From contig NC_043012.1 in the NCBI RefSeq assembly GCF_006345805.1, positions 18,104,001 through 18,168,000 on the forward strand: a stretch of 64,000 nucleotides of DNA. The letters are read 5' to 3'. This document shows positions 26,313 through 38,998 of this stretch, one piece after another; position 1 is the first letter of the stretch, and each line of letters begins with the position of its first letter. This DNA comes from Octopus sinensis. Taxonomy: Eukaryota. The position numbers were made by a program, and so were the translations under genes. The notes below the pieces were generated by a model. That model ran no database searches, was not told the origin of the DNA, and worked only from the letters and a program-made list of their open reading frames with translations.

Positions 26313-26955
26313 AGTTGTTTATCCTCAGTTTCAGTTATGATTGCACAGGTCTATTATTAACATAACCACATCGTAAAACTTCTCCTACAGTAATTCGTTA
26401 TCCAAACAAGTGTGAGATGAAATAGTTAACTTAAGAGTTATATAGCTGCTGATCCCTGCATATCAAACGACCATATGGTAACTCAAGCAATGAAAATACT
26501 GTTTTATTTTAAGCTGAAAGCTTGTTGTTGTTCAGATATTTCATTTTCCCATCAAATGAAGATCTTCTCAAGAGACAGTCAATCTACCTATGTGCAAATA
26601 TCCCACAACTGATTTTGAAATCTAATCGCGTCTCTGTGCAATGTCTTTCCTGTTTAAAATCGTGTTTAGTGACATTTTGGATAATTTAGTGTACGTTGGG
26701 ATATGCCTGAATGTAAGAATGATTATCAGTGTAAGATTAGCTTTGATCAAAAGTGTGAGGGATCATTACGTACCAAACAAATATATAACAACAGTTACTG
26801 GTTAAATTATCATTTCCAAGGGTCACGTATCTACATAGTGCATCATGTCACCTTATAGTTAGTTCTTGTTTTCGGTGAGGTGAATGTTTCCATGTAATCT
26901 GTTGTATACCGCTCATGCTGTCCCTTGGGCAACCATAATTCTGTTCTTTTCTCGT

Positions 26956-27425
26956 GTCTTGCAAACAACTTGCACATGCAATTGCTACAAGTCAAGAACT
27001 CCGCACACCGGAATCCAGCAAGTGTATTGGGTCATCAGGAGAGAGTGTGCGCCGTTTCGGGGCCTACCTCCCGACGGCATCAATGCACACCGGTCCCCCT
27101 CACTGATATGAAGCCCCGCTTGCTAAATCAAATGGTCATTAAATATAGCTCAATATATCTCTAACCATCGCTAAGCGTCTCTTTTTAACCAAATCCAGTG
27201 GCTAGCTTTCTCCACTGTAGTTTGGATATCGGCCATGGTGGTATTTACCTTACGACGTGTTAGACCTAACAATAACAACAGTCGTCTCACACTGTGTGCA
27301 ACAAACCCTCTATATCCGACTTCGATTGGAAAATGCTCCACTTTTCCAGTCCGCGTCTTCACGTCCCTCAAGGTCAACCTCCCGCGTAATGACTCGAGAA
27401 ACGCTCCCGTCATCATCCACATATT
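26956..27425 (-). pseudogene. HERO-like non-LTR retrotransposon 3' end (restriction-like endonuclease C-terminus plus 3' UTR), copy 1
   Basis: ORF 27171-27422: FPIEVGYRGFVAHSVRRLLLLLG...VEKASHWIWLKRD matches the VEVGCRGF...AEKASRWLWIKR signature of HERO-type RLE elements; 3' UTR is shared with 36589-36800. Confidence 0.8.
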
Positions 27426-27949
27426 GACAACTCATGATGATTTATTTTCTTTAGTACATGAAACTTCTTATTCTTTTAATGTCAAGGCTGAATCGATTCA
27501 ATGATTTCTATATATGTTATTGATATATTTTATGACTATATCAGAGGAAATTATCCATACAGATTTCAAATCAGAACGTTAAAAAGGCATAGGCAATATT
27601 TTAAGGCTATACTTTGCAGTTTCAAACAGCTAGACTGAGCAATGATAATAATACTAGAGTTGTAAGACTTAAAAGGCTGCTAGTATTATAGGGTTAGATC
27701 TGTCAGGTAAATCGACCATCCAAATTGGGTGATACTGTCTTCAGATGAACAGGTCGCGGAATGGTATGCAGTACCAACATTTACTAGGAAATCAATGCTA
27801 CAAAAGATATCAATTTATTTTTTCTGGTGCTTTATCGATGCCTTACTGATTCTTACAGCCAATACTTTCAGTTCAACAACAATCAAATGTTATTGCTTTA
27901 TACACACACATACACAAACGCACATATATATGCATACATACTTACATGT

Positions 27950-28103
27950 ATACATACATGCATACATACATACATACATACATACATACATAATACATAC
28001 ATACATACATACATACATACATACATACATACATACATACATACATACTACATACATACATACATACATACAACATACATACATACATACATACATACAT
28101 ACA

Positions 28104-28137
<34 letters not shown>

Positions 28138-28142
28138 CATAT

Positions 28143-28172
<30 letters not shown>
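27950..28172. repeat. (CATA)n followed by (TA)n microsatellite
   Basis: Direct inspection. Confidence 0.95.
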
Positions 28173-28173
<1 letters not shown>

Positions 28174-28174
28174 C

Positions 28175-28340
28175 GCAGTTGTCGAGTGGTACCTGCGCGA
28201 GTGGAGTTACGATTTCAGGAGGATGATTGGGATCACGTGGATGAGAAAGGCGCGATCCAGAGAGGAATGGACAGCGTTCTGTGACCGGCGGTGTCAAATA
28301 TACGCCTGACGGACTGGTCGGTCAAGGTGATCAAAGTGAT
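28175..28340 (+). mobile_element. RTE-clade LINE 3' terminal fragment
   Basis: Reads AVVEWYLREWSYDFRRMIGITWMRKARSREEW, resembling the RTE C-terminus; ends in the short tandem tail gtcaaggtgatcaaagtgat. Confidence 0.65.
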
Positions 28341-28364
28341 ATATATGTATATATATATATATAC

Positions 28365-28489
28365 ACGAGGGGCGTATGAAAAGTCTTGAGCTTCAGAAAA
28401 AGAAAACATGATACAAGACTTCTGATGAAGGTACAAGACTTCAAGGCTCAAAGCCCTTGAAGGCTCAGAACGTTTCATACACTGCTCGT
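28365..28489. mobile_element. Mariner-type MITE (~125 bp)
   Basis: TIRs acgaggggcgtatgaaaagtcttgagc / gctcagaacgtttcatacactgctcgt in TA-rich flanks. Confidence 0.6.
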
Positions 28490-29694
28490 TTATATACATA
28501 TCGATATGCAGTTTGAAAACAGTTGATTCTCTCCCCATCACTGTGCGTAAGCTTTTTCAAGAAATTATTTTCGTCGTGGAATATGATTTCTATCTTGAAG
28601 ACCAAATTTGACACATCATTAAAATACAATAGTGAAACAGCTTTCGTGAAAGTGGATAATATTTAGTAAATGTTAAACAAAATTTCAATCTGTTTTATAG
28701 TTTTATCTAACCTGTTTTATTTAGGAAACAACCAAAAACATGAGCTCCAGACGATAGTTATAAAAACTAATCTGTTTACATAGGCAAAATTGAGTGGCGT
28801 CTGTAAGTTTATCAAATTCTCTAATATTCACTACAGCACTCTCATTAATTAAAAAAAGAAAGATAGACTAAAATTGCATTAAAAATTTAAGAGACAAATA
28901 TGAATAATGGAAGTGTAACTATAATATTCTTAAAAGTCATCAATGTTTATGAATATATTTTTAATTAATAGCTATGAGATAAAATCAACGCAGACTGTAT
29001 AAGTATTCTTCTAAAATGACTATGAGTCACAGAATATTTAAAGGTTAGACAATTGTGGTAGTGAAATATTGATCAGAAAAAGAGAGGTGTAAAGCGGAAT
29101 AAATTTTCTTTTATGCTATCACTATTCAGGAATAGCCAAATATCGATTACTTATGTAAGCTCCAGGCCAAAACTTGTAGTGTATTAAGGTTAAAATGTCC
29201 CCGTTTACAATAGCTATGTTGTTCTTACGAGTAACAAGATCAAGTCTGGTTGAAGGAACCTATAACTAAACACCCTCTTCATGGTGCCCATCCAATTTTC
29301 TATTCCGACATTGAGTAGAGACTCCAGCATACTTTAAAATATGTCGTTGATAATTTTGAGATAATTCTATGATATTAAAAGAAGTGACTATTACTTCGTT
29401 CTAGTCGAGCGTCAACGCAATGGCACCATTAGTGGTTCACCATTAATGAATAGAAAGAGAGAAGCAGGTAGGATTTGAACTCGTAGTGTGAAAGATGCAA
29501 GTAAATTAATACAATACAGATTTAATGATTTTCTACGGAAAGAAATAGTAAAATATTTTATTTATTTTGTTCACATACACCATTGCTTATGAAATCATGT
29601 GGTGGGGTAGTAGACATGAATACAAGGGCCGAATTTTATCCTCAATGAGATAAACAGGGATTCTAATGTCATTCAACCGGATTTTATATCAGTA

Positions 29695-29793
29695 TGTCCA
29701 TTCCTCTCTGGATAGCGCCTTTCTCATCCACGTGATCCCAATCATCCTCCTGAAATCGTAACTCCACTCGCGCGGGTACCACTCGACAACTGC
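29695..29793 (-). mobile_element. RTE-clade LINE 3' fragment, inverted near-identical copy of 28175-28273
   Basis: Reads AVVEWYPREWSYDFRRMIGITWMRKALSREEW; followed by (TA)n(TATG)n mirroring the left copy. Confidence 0.7.
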
Positions 29794-30130
29794 TACATAT
29801 ATATATATATATGTATGTATGTATGTATGTACGTATGTATGTATGTATGTATGTACGTATGTATGTATGTATGAATGTATGTATGTATGTATGTACAAAA
29901 TATCTCAAACTATAACTTAGATATTTTGTTCGTCAGTTCATGTCTTCTTCGCCTTACAGGGTTATGAGAAAATGAAGAGATTATTTCGAAAGATAATATC
30001 ATTTTGAACGAAAATATTGCATACTCACAAAATTGTCATTAAACATTTTGGAGGTATGTGATTTTACCACAACCACACCAAAGTATTTCATCAACTAATG
30101 TAGAATCGGTTTTAGAAAAGTATTTAACAT

Positions 30131-30370
30131 AGGCGCAGGCATAGTTATGTGGCTACGAATCATGCTTTTGCAATCACATGGATTCGGTTTCAGTCACACT
30201 GCTCGGTTCTCTTGGATCTGTCTTGTCTTTTACTACAGCAGGATTACCTTTGCGAAGCAGATGAACTGCAGGACAAAATTTGTCACACACACACACACAC
30301 GCACACACACGCACACGCATACATACAAACATGCATACATATATATATATATATATATAATATATATTAT

Positions 30371-30412
<42 letters not shown>

Positions 30413-30623
30413 ATATAGTTAAATCAAACAAGAACAAACAAAAAAACACAACAACGCGAGGACGTGGAACAAACATAGTATTATTGGACGCTCAGGAAAG
30501 AAGGAAAGAAGGAGGGTTTAACGTTTCGAACAGAGCACTTCGTCGGAAACATAGGAGAAGGAAAGATCCAGAGAAGGGAAGACAGAGGAAAGAAAAAATC
30601 GCCAACGGTAACACACACACACA

Positions 30624-30663
<40 letters not shown>

Positions 30664-30895
30664 TATATATATTATATATATATATATATATGATATGCGC
30701 ATGTGTGTCTGGTGTGTGTGTGTGTGCTTGTGTCTGTTGTTTTTGTTCCTCCCCGGTGTCGGTTTCTTTGTACCTTAGTAACTTAGTGCTTCGGCAAAAG
30801 GGTACCGGCAGAATAAGTAGTATAAATTTGTTTAGACGAGACCCCTCGGAGTGATTTCCAGCATGGCTGCAGATCAATGAACCAACGATATTAAA
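30131..30895 (+). mobile_element. SINE family B split by an insertion in its internal microsatellite
   Basis: Head aggcgcaggcatagttatgtggc at 30130; 3' modules gtaacttagtgcttcggcaaaagg...ccagcatggctgcag at 30775-30875; unrelated purine-rich insert at 30420-30610. Confidence 0.6.
30420..30610 (-). repeat. Short repeat with degenerate minimal hammerhead motif
   Basis: Minus strand 30516-30550 reads gttt CCGACGA a GTGC tct GTTC GAAAC GT T aaac. Confidence 0.55.
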
Positions 30896-31090
30896 AAAGA
30901 AAAGTAATCAGAAAGTGAAAGTAATGTTTTAAAAACACTTTGTTTTGAAATTATATTACTGCGTTTGTAGCTATTTCTCTCTTTTTTTTTTCAACTCCTT
31001 TCAAAACAAGTACTAAAACAAGACTTAATAAATATGAGACACATAAAATATCCTCTCCGTTCTCCATAAAAATTGCATTACGTTGATCAC

Positions 31091-31475
31091 TGTTGATGGA
31101 AATATTTGTGTTAAATGTGCCCGTATAGCATTGTTAAGCTATACACAAAGAAACTAGTGGAGACGAGGATACATTTATCAAAGTTTTTATTAGTTTACGT
31201 ACAACAAGGCTTAATTCATCAGTTATTTCTGTTTAGTTCACTCAGATTCGTTACACACTCACTGTTGACATTCTGTTGACATTCTTCTGTTTTCCTTTTC
31301 TCCAACCAGAAGTCCCTTCTTCTTTTACTGCTGACCAACTTCCTAGCTAGCTCCAACGAAGGTTCTGTTACATTTCGTCTGTCACGAATCCTCCTCTACG
31401 CCCGGTTAGACGTGCAACAGCTTCATTAGCAGCTGCTGTTTTTTGTTTAATTGCCCCGCTGCTGCTGTGGTGGCA
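31091..31475 (-). mobile_element. Possible solo-LTR remnant
   Basis: Minus strand ends ...ccatcaaca with AATAAA about 100 bp upstream and a purine-rich U3-like stretch; no TSD found. Confidence 0.3.
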
Positions 31476-31486
31476 AAATTCATTTG

Positions 31487-31521
<35 letters not shown>

Positions 31522-31549
31522 CATTAACACCACCACCACCACTACTACT

Positions 31550-31935
31550 GGAATTTTGGAAGCACTCTGTCGGTTACGACGACGAGGGTTCCGGTTGATC
31601 CGAATCAACGGGACAGCCTGCTCGTGAAATTAACGTGTAAGTGGCTGAGCACTCCACAGACACGTGTACCCTTAAAGTAGTTCTCGGGATATTCAGCGTG
31701 ACACAGAGAGTGACAAGGCCGGCCCTTTGAAATACAGGTACAACAGAAACAGGAAGTAAGAGTGAGAGAAAGTTGTGTGAAAGAGTACAGCAGGGATCAC
31801 CACCATCCCCTGTCGGAGCATCGTGGAGCTTTGGTGTTTTCGCTCAATAAACACTCACAACGCCCGGTCTGGGAATCGAAACCGATCCTATGACCGCGAG
31901 TCCGCTGCCCTAACCATTGGGCCATTACGCCTCCG
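31550..31935 (-). mobile_element. SINE family A, full length, inserted in an (ACT)n/(ACC)n microsatellite
   Basis: Near-identical to 22180-22570; ccactactact flanks both ends (31539-31549, 31936-31946). Confidence 0.9.
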
Positions 31936-32254
31936 CCACTACTACTACCACCACCGCCACCACTACTAATACTACTACTACTACTACTATTGTTGTTATG
32001 TGGCTGTGGAGTGTGAGATTGTTGTGCGTATGTGTGAGTGTTATTATTATTATTTTTTTGGCTGCTGGTGACGATTTTTATGAAGACGAAGACAATAGTG
32101 ATGATAACGATCGTAAAACTATAACTGCGTTCAGCCTTGAATTCTTTAATATATTTTTGTAATTTCTGTTTATCCAGGAAAGGGGTAAAGGGTCTGATAG
32201 TGGCTGATTGGTTCCAATATTTTAAAAAAGAAATATCATTATATTATACTTATT

Positions 32255-32890
32255 AATAGTTGGCAGAATCGTTAGTACGCCGGGCGAAATACTTAGCAGT
32301 ATTTCGTCTGGCGCTACGTTCTGAGTTTAAATTCCGCCAAGGTCGATTTGCTTTTCATCCTTTCGGGGTCGATTAAATAAGGACCAGTTACGTACTGTGG
32401 TGGATGTAATCGACTTAATCCCTTTGCCTGTCCTTGTTTATCTCCTCTATGTTTAGCCCCTTGTGGGCAATAATGAAATATAATATTAATATTATTATTA
32501 AGGTGGTGAGCTGGTAGGAAAAGCGCGAACTGGCAGACTCGTTAGCACGCTGGGCGAAATACTTAGCGGTATTCCATCTGCTGCTACGTTCTGAGTTCAA
32601 ACCCCGCCAAGGTCGACGTTGCCTGTCATCAATTCGAAGTCGATTAAATAAGTACCAGTTACACACTAGGGACGATATAATCCACTTAATCCGTTTGTCT
32701 GTCCTTGTTTGTCCCTTCTGTGTTTAGCCCCTTGTAGGTAGTAAAGAAAAAGGAATAGGTATTTCATCTGCCGTTACGTTCTGAGTTCAAATGCCTTTCA
32801 TCCTTTCGGAGTCAATAAAATATTACCAATTACGCAGTGCGGTCAATGTATTCGTCTGAACCACTTCCCCTAAATTTGAGGCTTTGTACT
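32255..32890 (+). mobile_element. Three head-to-tail SINE family C copies
   Basis: The module tacgttctgagttcaaat...tttcatcctttcggggtcgattaaataagtaccagtta recurs three times with increasing truncation. Confidence 0.85.
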
Positions 32891-32930
32891 TGCAGCAGAA
32901 AGGATTATTATTATTATTAGTGTTATTGAT

Positions 32931-33480
32931 TGAGAAAGCAGTGCATGCTATCAAAGTGACACTAGGGTACAAATATACGAAGCCCAGTGTATCCATCATG
33001 ACTATCCGTCTGATAAGGGTACACCAGGCACATGCATCACCGCCATATTTGCGCGACGTGGTGATCTCATTACAAGATAAACAGCACATGACCTTGCAGG
33101 TGGGGCCCAGTTAGAATTTTCTTCTGGTTGGGTAACCCATCCCACTCAAAAGGTCCCTGATTAAGGGTTGTTTAAGGATGTTGAATGAAACACCCATGTT
33201 TCCAGGGGTGAATCATTCAAACCCCCAAGAATCCATCTCAACACATGGCTATGATGCTCCCCACTACTTCTACTCGTAATCAGAGATGCACATATCGTCA
33301 GCCACTAAGGGACATACTCAACTGGTTACGGTCAGACAACTGACAAGCAAATCTGTGGTATTGAGCAGAATATTTGTTGTAGCCCATCTTTATACCAAGA
33401 CAAATCAATGTACATGATAACACTTCCAGTCAGTTAGATCAGAAGCCATGAGAGCCGCTGCCTGGTACTGCATCAGGGCA
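32931..33480 (-). mobile_element. ~550 bp non-coding element embedded in (ATT)n, copy 1
   Basis: Colinear with 33551-34107 and 57813-58353; same termini (gagagcagtgcatgccatcaaag ... ggtactgcatcagggca). Confidence 0.9.
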
Positions 33481-33550
33481 TATTATTATTATATTATTAT
33501 TATTATTATTATTATATTATATATTATTATTATATTATTATTATTATTAT

Positions 33551-34106
33551 TGAGTGAGAGAGCTGTGCATGCCATCAAAGTGACACTGGGGTAGTAAAAA
33601 ACATACGAAGCCCAATATACCCATCATGACTACTAGTTGATATGGGTCCACTAGGCACATGCATCACAACCATATGTGCGCGACATTGTGATCTCATATC
33701 AAAAATAATAGCACATGACCTGCAGGTGGGGCCCAGTTAGAATTTTCTTCAGGTCGAGTAACCCATCCCACTCGAAAGGTCCCTGAATAAGTGTTGTTTA
33801 GGATGTTGAACGAAACACCCATGTTTCCAGAGGTGTGAATTATTCAAACCCCAAAGAATCCCTCTCAACACATGGATGATGCTCCCCACTACTTCTGCTC
33901 GTGATCAGAGATGCACATAGCGTCAGCCACTAAGGGACATGCTCAACTGGTTAAGGTCAAACAACTGACAAGCAAATCTGTGGTATTGAGCAGAATATTT
34001 GTTGTAGCCCATCTTTTATACCAAGACAAAACAACGTACATGATAACACTTCAAGTCAGTTAAGATCAGAAGCCATGAGATCCGCTGCCTGGTACTGCAT
34101 CAGGGC

Positions 34107-34107
<1 letters not shown>
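33551..34107 (-). mobile_element. ~550 bp non-coding element embedded in (ATT)n, copy 2 (tandem with copy 1)
   Basis: Full-length match to copy 1, separated by a ~70 bp (ATT)n tract. Confidence 0.9.
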
Positions 34108-34146
<39 letters not shown>

Positions 34147-34183
34147 GTTATTTGTAGTAGTAGTAGCGGTGGTTGTGATTCAG

Positions 34184-34400
34184 ATTCAGCGTGACACAGA
34201 GTTTGACAGGGTTGGCTCTTTGAAATACAGGTACAAGAAAAACAGGAAGAAAGAGTGAGAGAAAGTCGTGGTGAAGGACTACAGCAGAGTTCGCCCCAAC
34301 CCCCTGCTGGAGCCTGGTGGAGCTTTTCGCTCAACAAACACTCACGACGCCCGATCTGGGAATCGAAACCGCGATCCTACACTGAGCCATTGCATCTCCA
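34184..34400 (-). mobile_element. SINE family A, partial
   Basis: attcagcgtgacacagag...gggaatcgaaaccgcgatcc shared with 22180-22570. Confidence 0.8.
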
Positions 34401-34987
34401 CGAGTTGCATTTGCAGTAGTAATATCATCAAGAGGAGTAGAAATAGCACTGAGCATCATTAACAGTAGAATCCATTCCAGAACATGCTTTTCACTTAGGC
34501 ACGGGTCCATGGTGTTTTTTGGGAATAAGCTGTTGATTATAGCTAATCTGATTGTAGTTTTATGCGTATTTCTCCACGCTGGGACGGTGTCAGGGAAATG
34601 TCAAGTTAACGTGTGTGGAGAAGAAACTCAAGAGCTTTAAAGCCTTCAACAACAATGCAAAATATTAATTCAGGACACACCTCAATAATGAGTGACAAGA
34701 TATAAACGATGTGCATTTCACAATAAGTCGTTTCACCCTTTGTTCATCCCGATTAATAACAGAAGCCTAATATATAAATATATGTATATATATATTATAT
34801 ATATATATAATTATAATTATATATATATAATATATATATATATCATGCATACATACGTAAATATATATATAATATATATACATACATATACATGTATGTC
34901 TGTGTATATATATTCTATATATATATATATATATATATAATATATGTAAATAATATATAATCATATATATTTATACATGTATATATA

Positions 34988-35111
<124 letters not shown>

Positions 35112-35200
35112 GTTTAAACTGGCAAAATGACCATTCCGAAATAAACATATTATATATATATATATATATATAGATATATATATAGAGAGAGAGAGAGAGA

Positions 35201-35545
35201 GAGGCGCGCATCGGGCCAGTGGTTAGGGCATCGGACTCGATTCCTGGACCGAGTCTGTGAGTGTTTATTGAGCGAAAACATCTAAAGCTCCACGATACTC
35301 CGCAGGGGGGGGTGAACCCTGCAGTATTCTTTCACAACTTTCTCTCACTCTTCCTGTTTCGGTTGTACCCGTATTTCAAAGGGCCATCCTTGTCATACTC
35401 TGTGTCACGCTGAATCTCCCTGAGAACTACGTTATGGGAACACGTATCTTTGGAGTGCTTAACTACTTGCACGCTAATTTCACGAGCAGGCTGTTCCATT
35501 GATCAGATCAACTAGAAGTTTTCTCGTTGTAACCGACGGAGTGCC
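35201..35545 (+). mobile_element. SINE family A, older copy with a deletion in the tRNA head
   Basis: gaggcgcgcatcgggccagtggttagggcatcggactcgattcc...gtaaccgacggagtgc. Confidence 0.8.
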
Positions 35546-36588
35546 ACGACGACGAATTATCTACTGGCATGTCGTTGACCTTGCTATATTACAAAATCTA
35601 ACCTGGCGCTTGATTAAGAAACCAATATTTGGTGATACCAGAACAATGATAGCCTAAAATGTAATATATCCCATTCAACCGAAGCACGTCTCTTTTTCTT
35701 CTCTTCGCTATTTTGCTATTACTATTGTTTCACTTTTAAATAATATATGACTTGTGGCCGTTTCTGCCAGTCTGCGATGATTATAACCCATGGCTATTAA
35801 TTAAAAATATATTCATAACCGTTCAGACTTTCAAAAATATGCTAGGAAACCTTCCATTATTCATATTCGTCTCTTAAATTTTAAATATGGCGTTAATGGC
35901 CATTTCAACAATTTCTTTTTCCTGTACGATATTGCAGTATGAAATATTACAGAGTGTGATAAACTTACAGACGCCGTTAAATTTTGCCAGTGTAAAGAGA
36001 GTGGTTTTATAACAGCCATATATAACCCGTATATTTGTTTCCAATGTAGAACAGGAGAGATTACACAACAGCTTCATTTTACATGTTTCAACCATTATAT
36101 GCTATTTACTCTTCAGGGAAGTTGATCATCTATTATATGTTTAATGATATGGCAATTCGGTACGCAATCTTATACATAACTCAATTTGCAATGCAGTTCG
36201 CTTATAGGACAAGTTGTAAGCAGAGCTGTCAAGGGACTAATACTGCTTTCCCCGTTGTTATAATTTCTTCGTGAATTTGTTATTGTTTCTAAACTAAAAA
36301 CACTGGTGTATCTATATTTGTATTTCTTTATGTTCGCAATTTAAAATCTGTATTGTAATCTTTCTTTTACGAATGTTAGAAATCAGTGCTAATATTGGTA
36401 TTTGAAACATGAAACTTTCGTACTAAATACTATAAAATATTTACGTTATATGTCTTTAAATTTGCATGCTGCTTAAATGCAAATTGACTCATTTGCTATT
36501 CATTCCACCGAGATCTATATAAAACATGCTTTTAATGCACTGTCATTAAATAGAATTGTCTATAACCTTCAACTAAATATGTGTATAT

Positions 36589-37060
36589 GTCTTGCAAACT
36601 ACTTGCACATGGAAGTGCTACCAGTCAAAAACTGCGCATACCAAAGCCAGCAAGTGTATGGGGTCATCAGGAGAGAATGTGCGCTGTTTCGGGACCTACC
36701 TCTCGACGGCATCAATGCGCACCGGCCCCCTTTTCACTGATATGAGGCACCGCTTGCTAGATCAGCTGGTTATTAAATAAAGCTCAATATCCTTCTTACC
36801 ATCATTCATCGTCTCTTTTTAACCAAATCCAGTGGCTAGCCTTCTGCACTGTGGATTGGATATCGGTCATAATGGTATTGACTTTACGATGAGTTAGGCC
36901 TAGCGATAACAACAGTCGTCTAACACTGTGTCCAACGAACCCTCTACATCCGACTTCGATTGGAAAATGTTCCGCTTTCCAGCCTGCGTCTTCACATTCC
37001 TCGAGAAGGTTTACATAACGTCTTGTGCAAATGCATGCATTGGAAAACATTTCTTGGGCT
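36589..37060 (-). pseudogene. HERO-like non-LTR retrotransposon 3' end, copy 2
   Basis: ORF 36802-37068: RYVNLLEECEDAGWKAEHFPIEVGCRGFVGHSVRRLLLSLG...KASHWIWLKRDDE. Confidence 0.85.
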
Positions 37061-37368
37061 GCAATCAAGAATTTTATTATTTATTATTATTATTTATTCA
37101 TTTTGTTTTCGCTTTCTTGAAATGACTTGATGTAGAAAAAATAGTGGATATGAATGCGACATGCGAAACAGTACAATAAAAATAGCGGAAATTAAGAACC
37201 CGCACATGCGTAAAAAATAACTACAGGTAACGTTGAAGAAATACTATATAGGACGGAAATATTAATATACGGACATAATATACCCTCTCTATATGATATG
37301 AGCTTTGAAAACGGCTGATATTGTTGTCAGATGGTCGCTCAAAGTTCCATATTAATTTGGCATCTATA

Positions 37369-38472
37369 TTAGGTCATCCCATAAGTTCTGTCCGAATTTA
37401 GAATAAAGAAATCAAGTGATCAAATGTTATATTTAATTGAAATTTAATCATCAATGTACTTTTCCTGATTATTTATGACATCCTTCCATCTATTTACAAA
37501 CTTTTTAATCCCATCAATGTAAAGCTCTTTTCAAAACAAAGAACTCTGAAATGTCAGTTTCGACCTGCTCCTGGCTTGCGAAAATTATGTCCCACAAATG
37601 ATTCGATGAACTGTGAAACAAATGATAGTATGAAGAAGCAAGGTCGGGAGAATAAGGTGGATGAGGAATTTTTCCCACCCAAGCTCTCCGATATTTTGTG
37701 AGGTGATCTTTGCAGTGTTGGGTCATACCTTGTCCCGATGAAAATCACTCCTTTCGTTTCACTTGTTTTGGTTGAGCTTTACTAAGCCACTGTTTACAAC
37801 GTTTAACATTTCGATAGGAGATCCATTTTTCATCACCAGTAACAAGTCTATCGAATAAGTGTGGAATGAGTTCGCAAGAATGAAGAGAAGAGCAGATTTC
37901 CACTCGAGATTTGCGGTTGCTTTTCGACAATTCATGAGACACCCATTTTGCGAGATCAGGAAACTTTCCAAATTGTTGAAGATGACGATGAAAAATTGCA
38001 TGGTTTGAACTAAGCTTTAGTGCCAATTCTTCAACTGATAATGCAGGATTTTCTTCAAGTAATGCCTCAAGGAGCTTATCAACAAACTCAACTGGACGTC
38101 CTTTTCGAATTTCATCTTCAAGGTTGAAATCTCTGAATTTTGCAAACCCTCTTCTGCACTTTCTTTCATTCAAGCTTTCTTTCCCATAAATTGAGTGTAT
38201 GTTTGGAGTTGGATCGGCTGTAGAGTTTCCTTTTTTTTTACTCACAAAGTATTACGTGCCTCAAAAGCTCTGTGGAAACTTCCATGTTAGAAAGGGTTTC
38301 AATCAAAGAAATTTTAATTCTGTTATTCTGTAAAATAATATCTCATTAGTTTAAATGTACAAAAGTGCATACAGATAATTTTAATTCCATTAGACTTTCT
38401 CAAATACTATTAAATTTCATTCAATTATTAAAAAAAAATGTAAAATCGAACAGAATTTATGCGATGACCTGA
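37369..38472 (-). mobile_element. Mariner (DD34D-type) DNA transposon, internally deleted, non-functional
   Basis: TIRs ttaggtcatcccataagttctgtcc / aacagaatttatgcgatgacctga with TA on both sides; transposase motifs KWVSHEL, LVTGDEKW, PHPPYSPDLA; about 165 bp missing relative to the copy at 47499. Confidence 0.95.
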
Positions 38473-38998
38473 TAATTGAAAATTCCTATTATTATCAGGA
38501 ATAGGTAATCTTGGATCATATTTTTCTGCTGGTACTTGTACATTTTGGTTTATATAAACAGTAGGGCTATCATACGGAGTGTTTTATGTTATTTATCGCA
38601 CTACGGTTTAACTGCCATCAGAAGAGTGTAGTCACATCGTTGTTAGTTAAATATCCGTACGATATCTATCCTTCACAGTAAAATGCACGATTATTATCGT
38701 TAAAATATGGCAGCACGTATGTCACTGTCAAGTCACTTGAATATCATTAGATCTTACAAAGGAATTAACGCATTGGTTTAGCTGAAGTGTTTCAGAAAGT
38801 GCGGAGTATTTTTCGCCTGTAATCCGCATTTGCTGCTCGTTCTCTTGATTCAAATCTAACACAAATGCTCATCACCAGAAAACAACAAAGACGAAGACTA
38901 CGACTATTATTATCACTGTTAAAAGCTCAACTTCAAAGTATTTGGTAGCATTCGTTGGTAATACGAATATTAACATTATCAATATTATTTGACAGGTG

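Noticed and set aside
36117-36159. Candidate 43-nt exon (cttcag|...|gtacgc)
   Set aside because: Weak donor, no recognisable peptide and no partner exons; such sites occur by chance.
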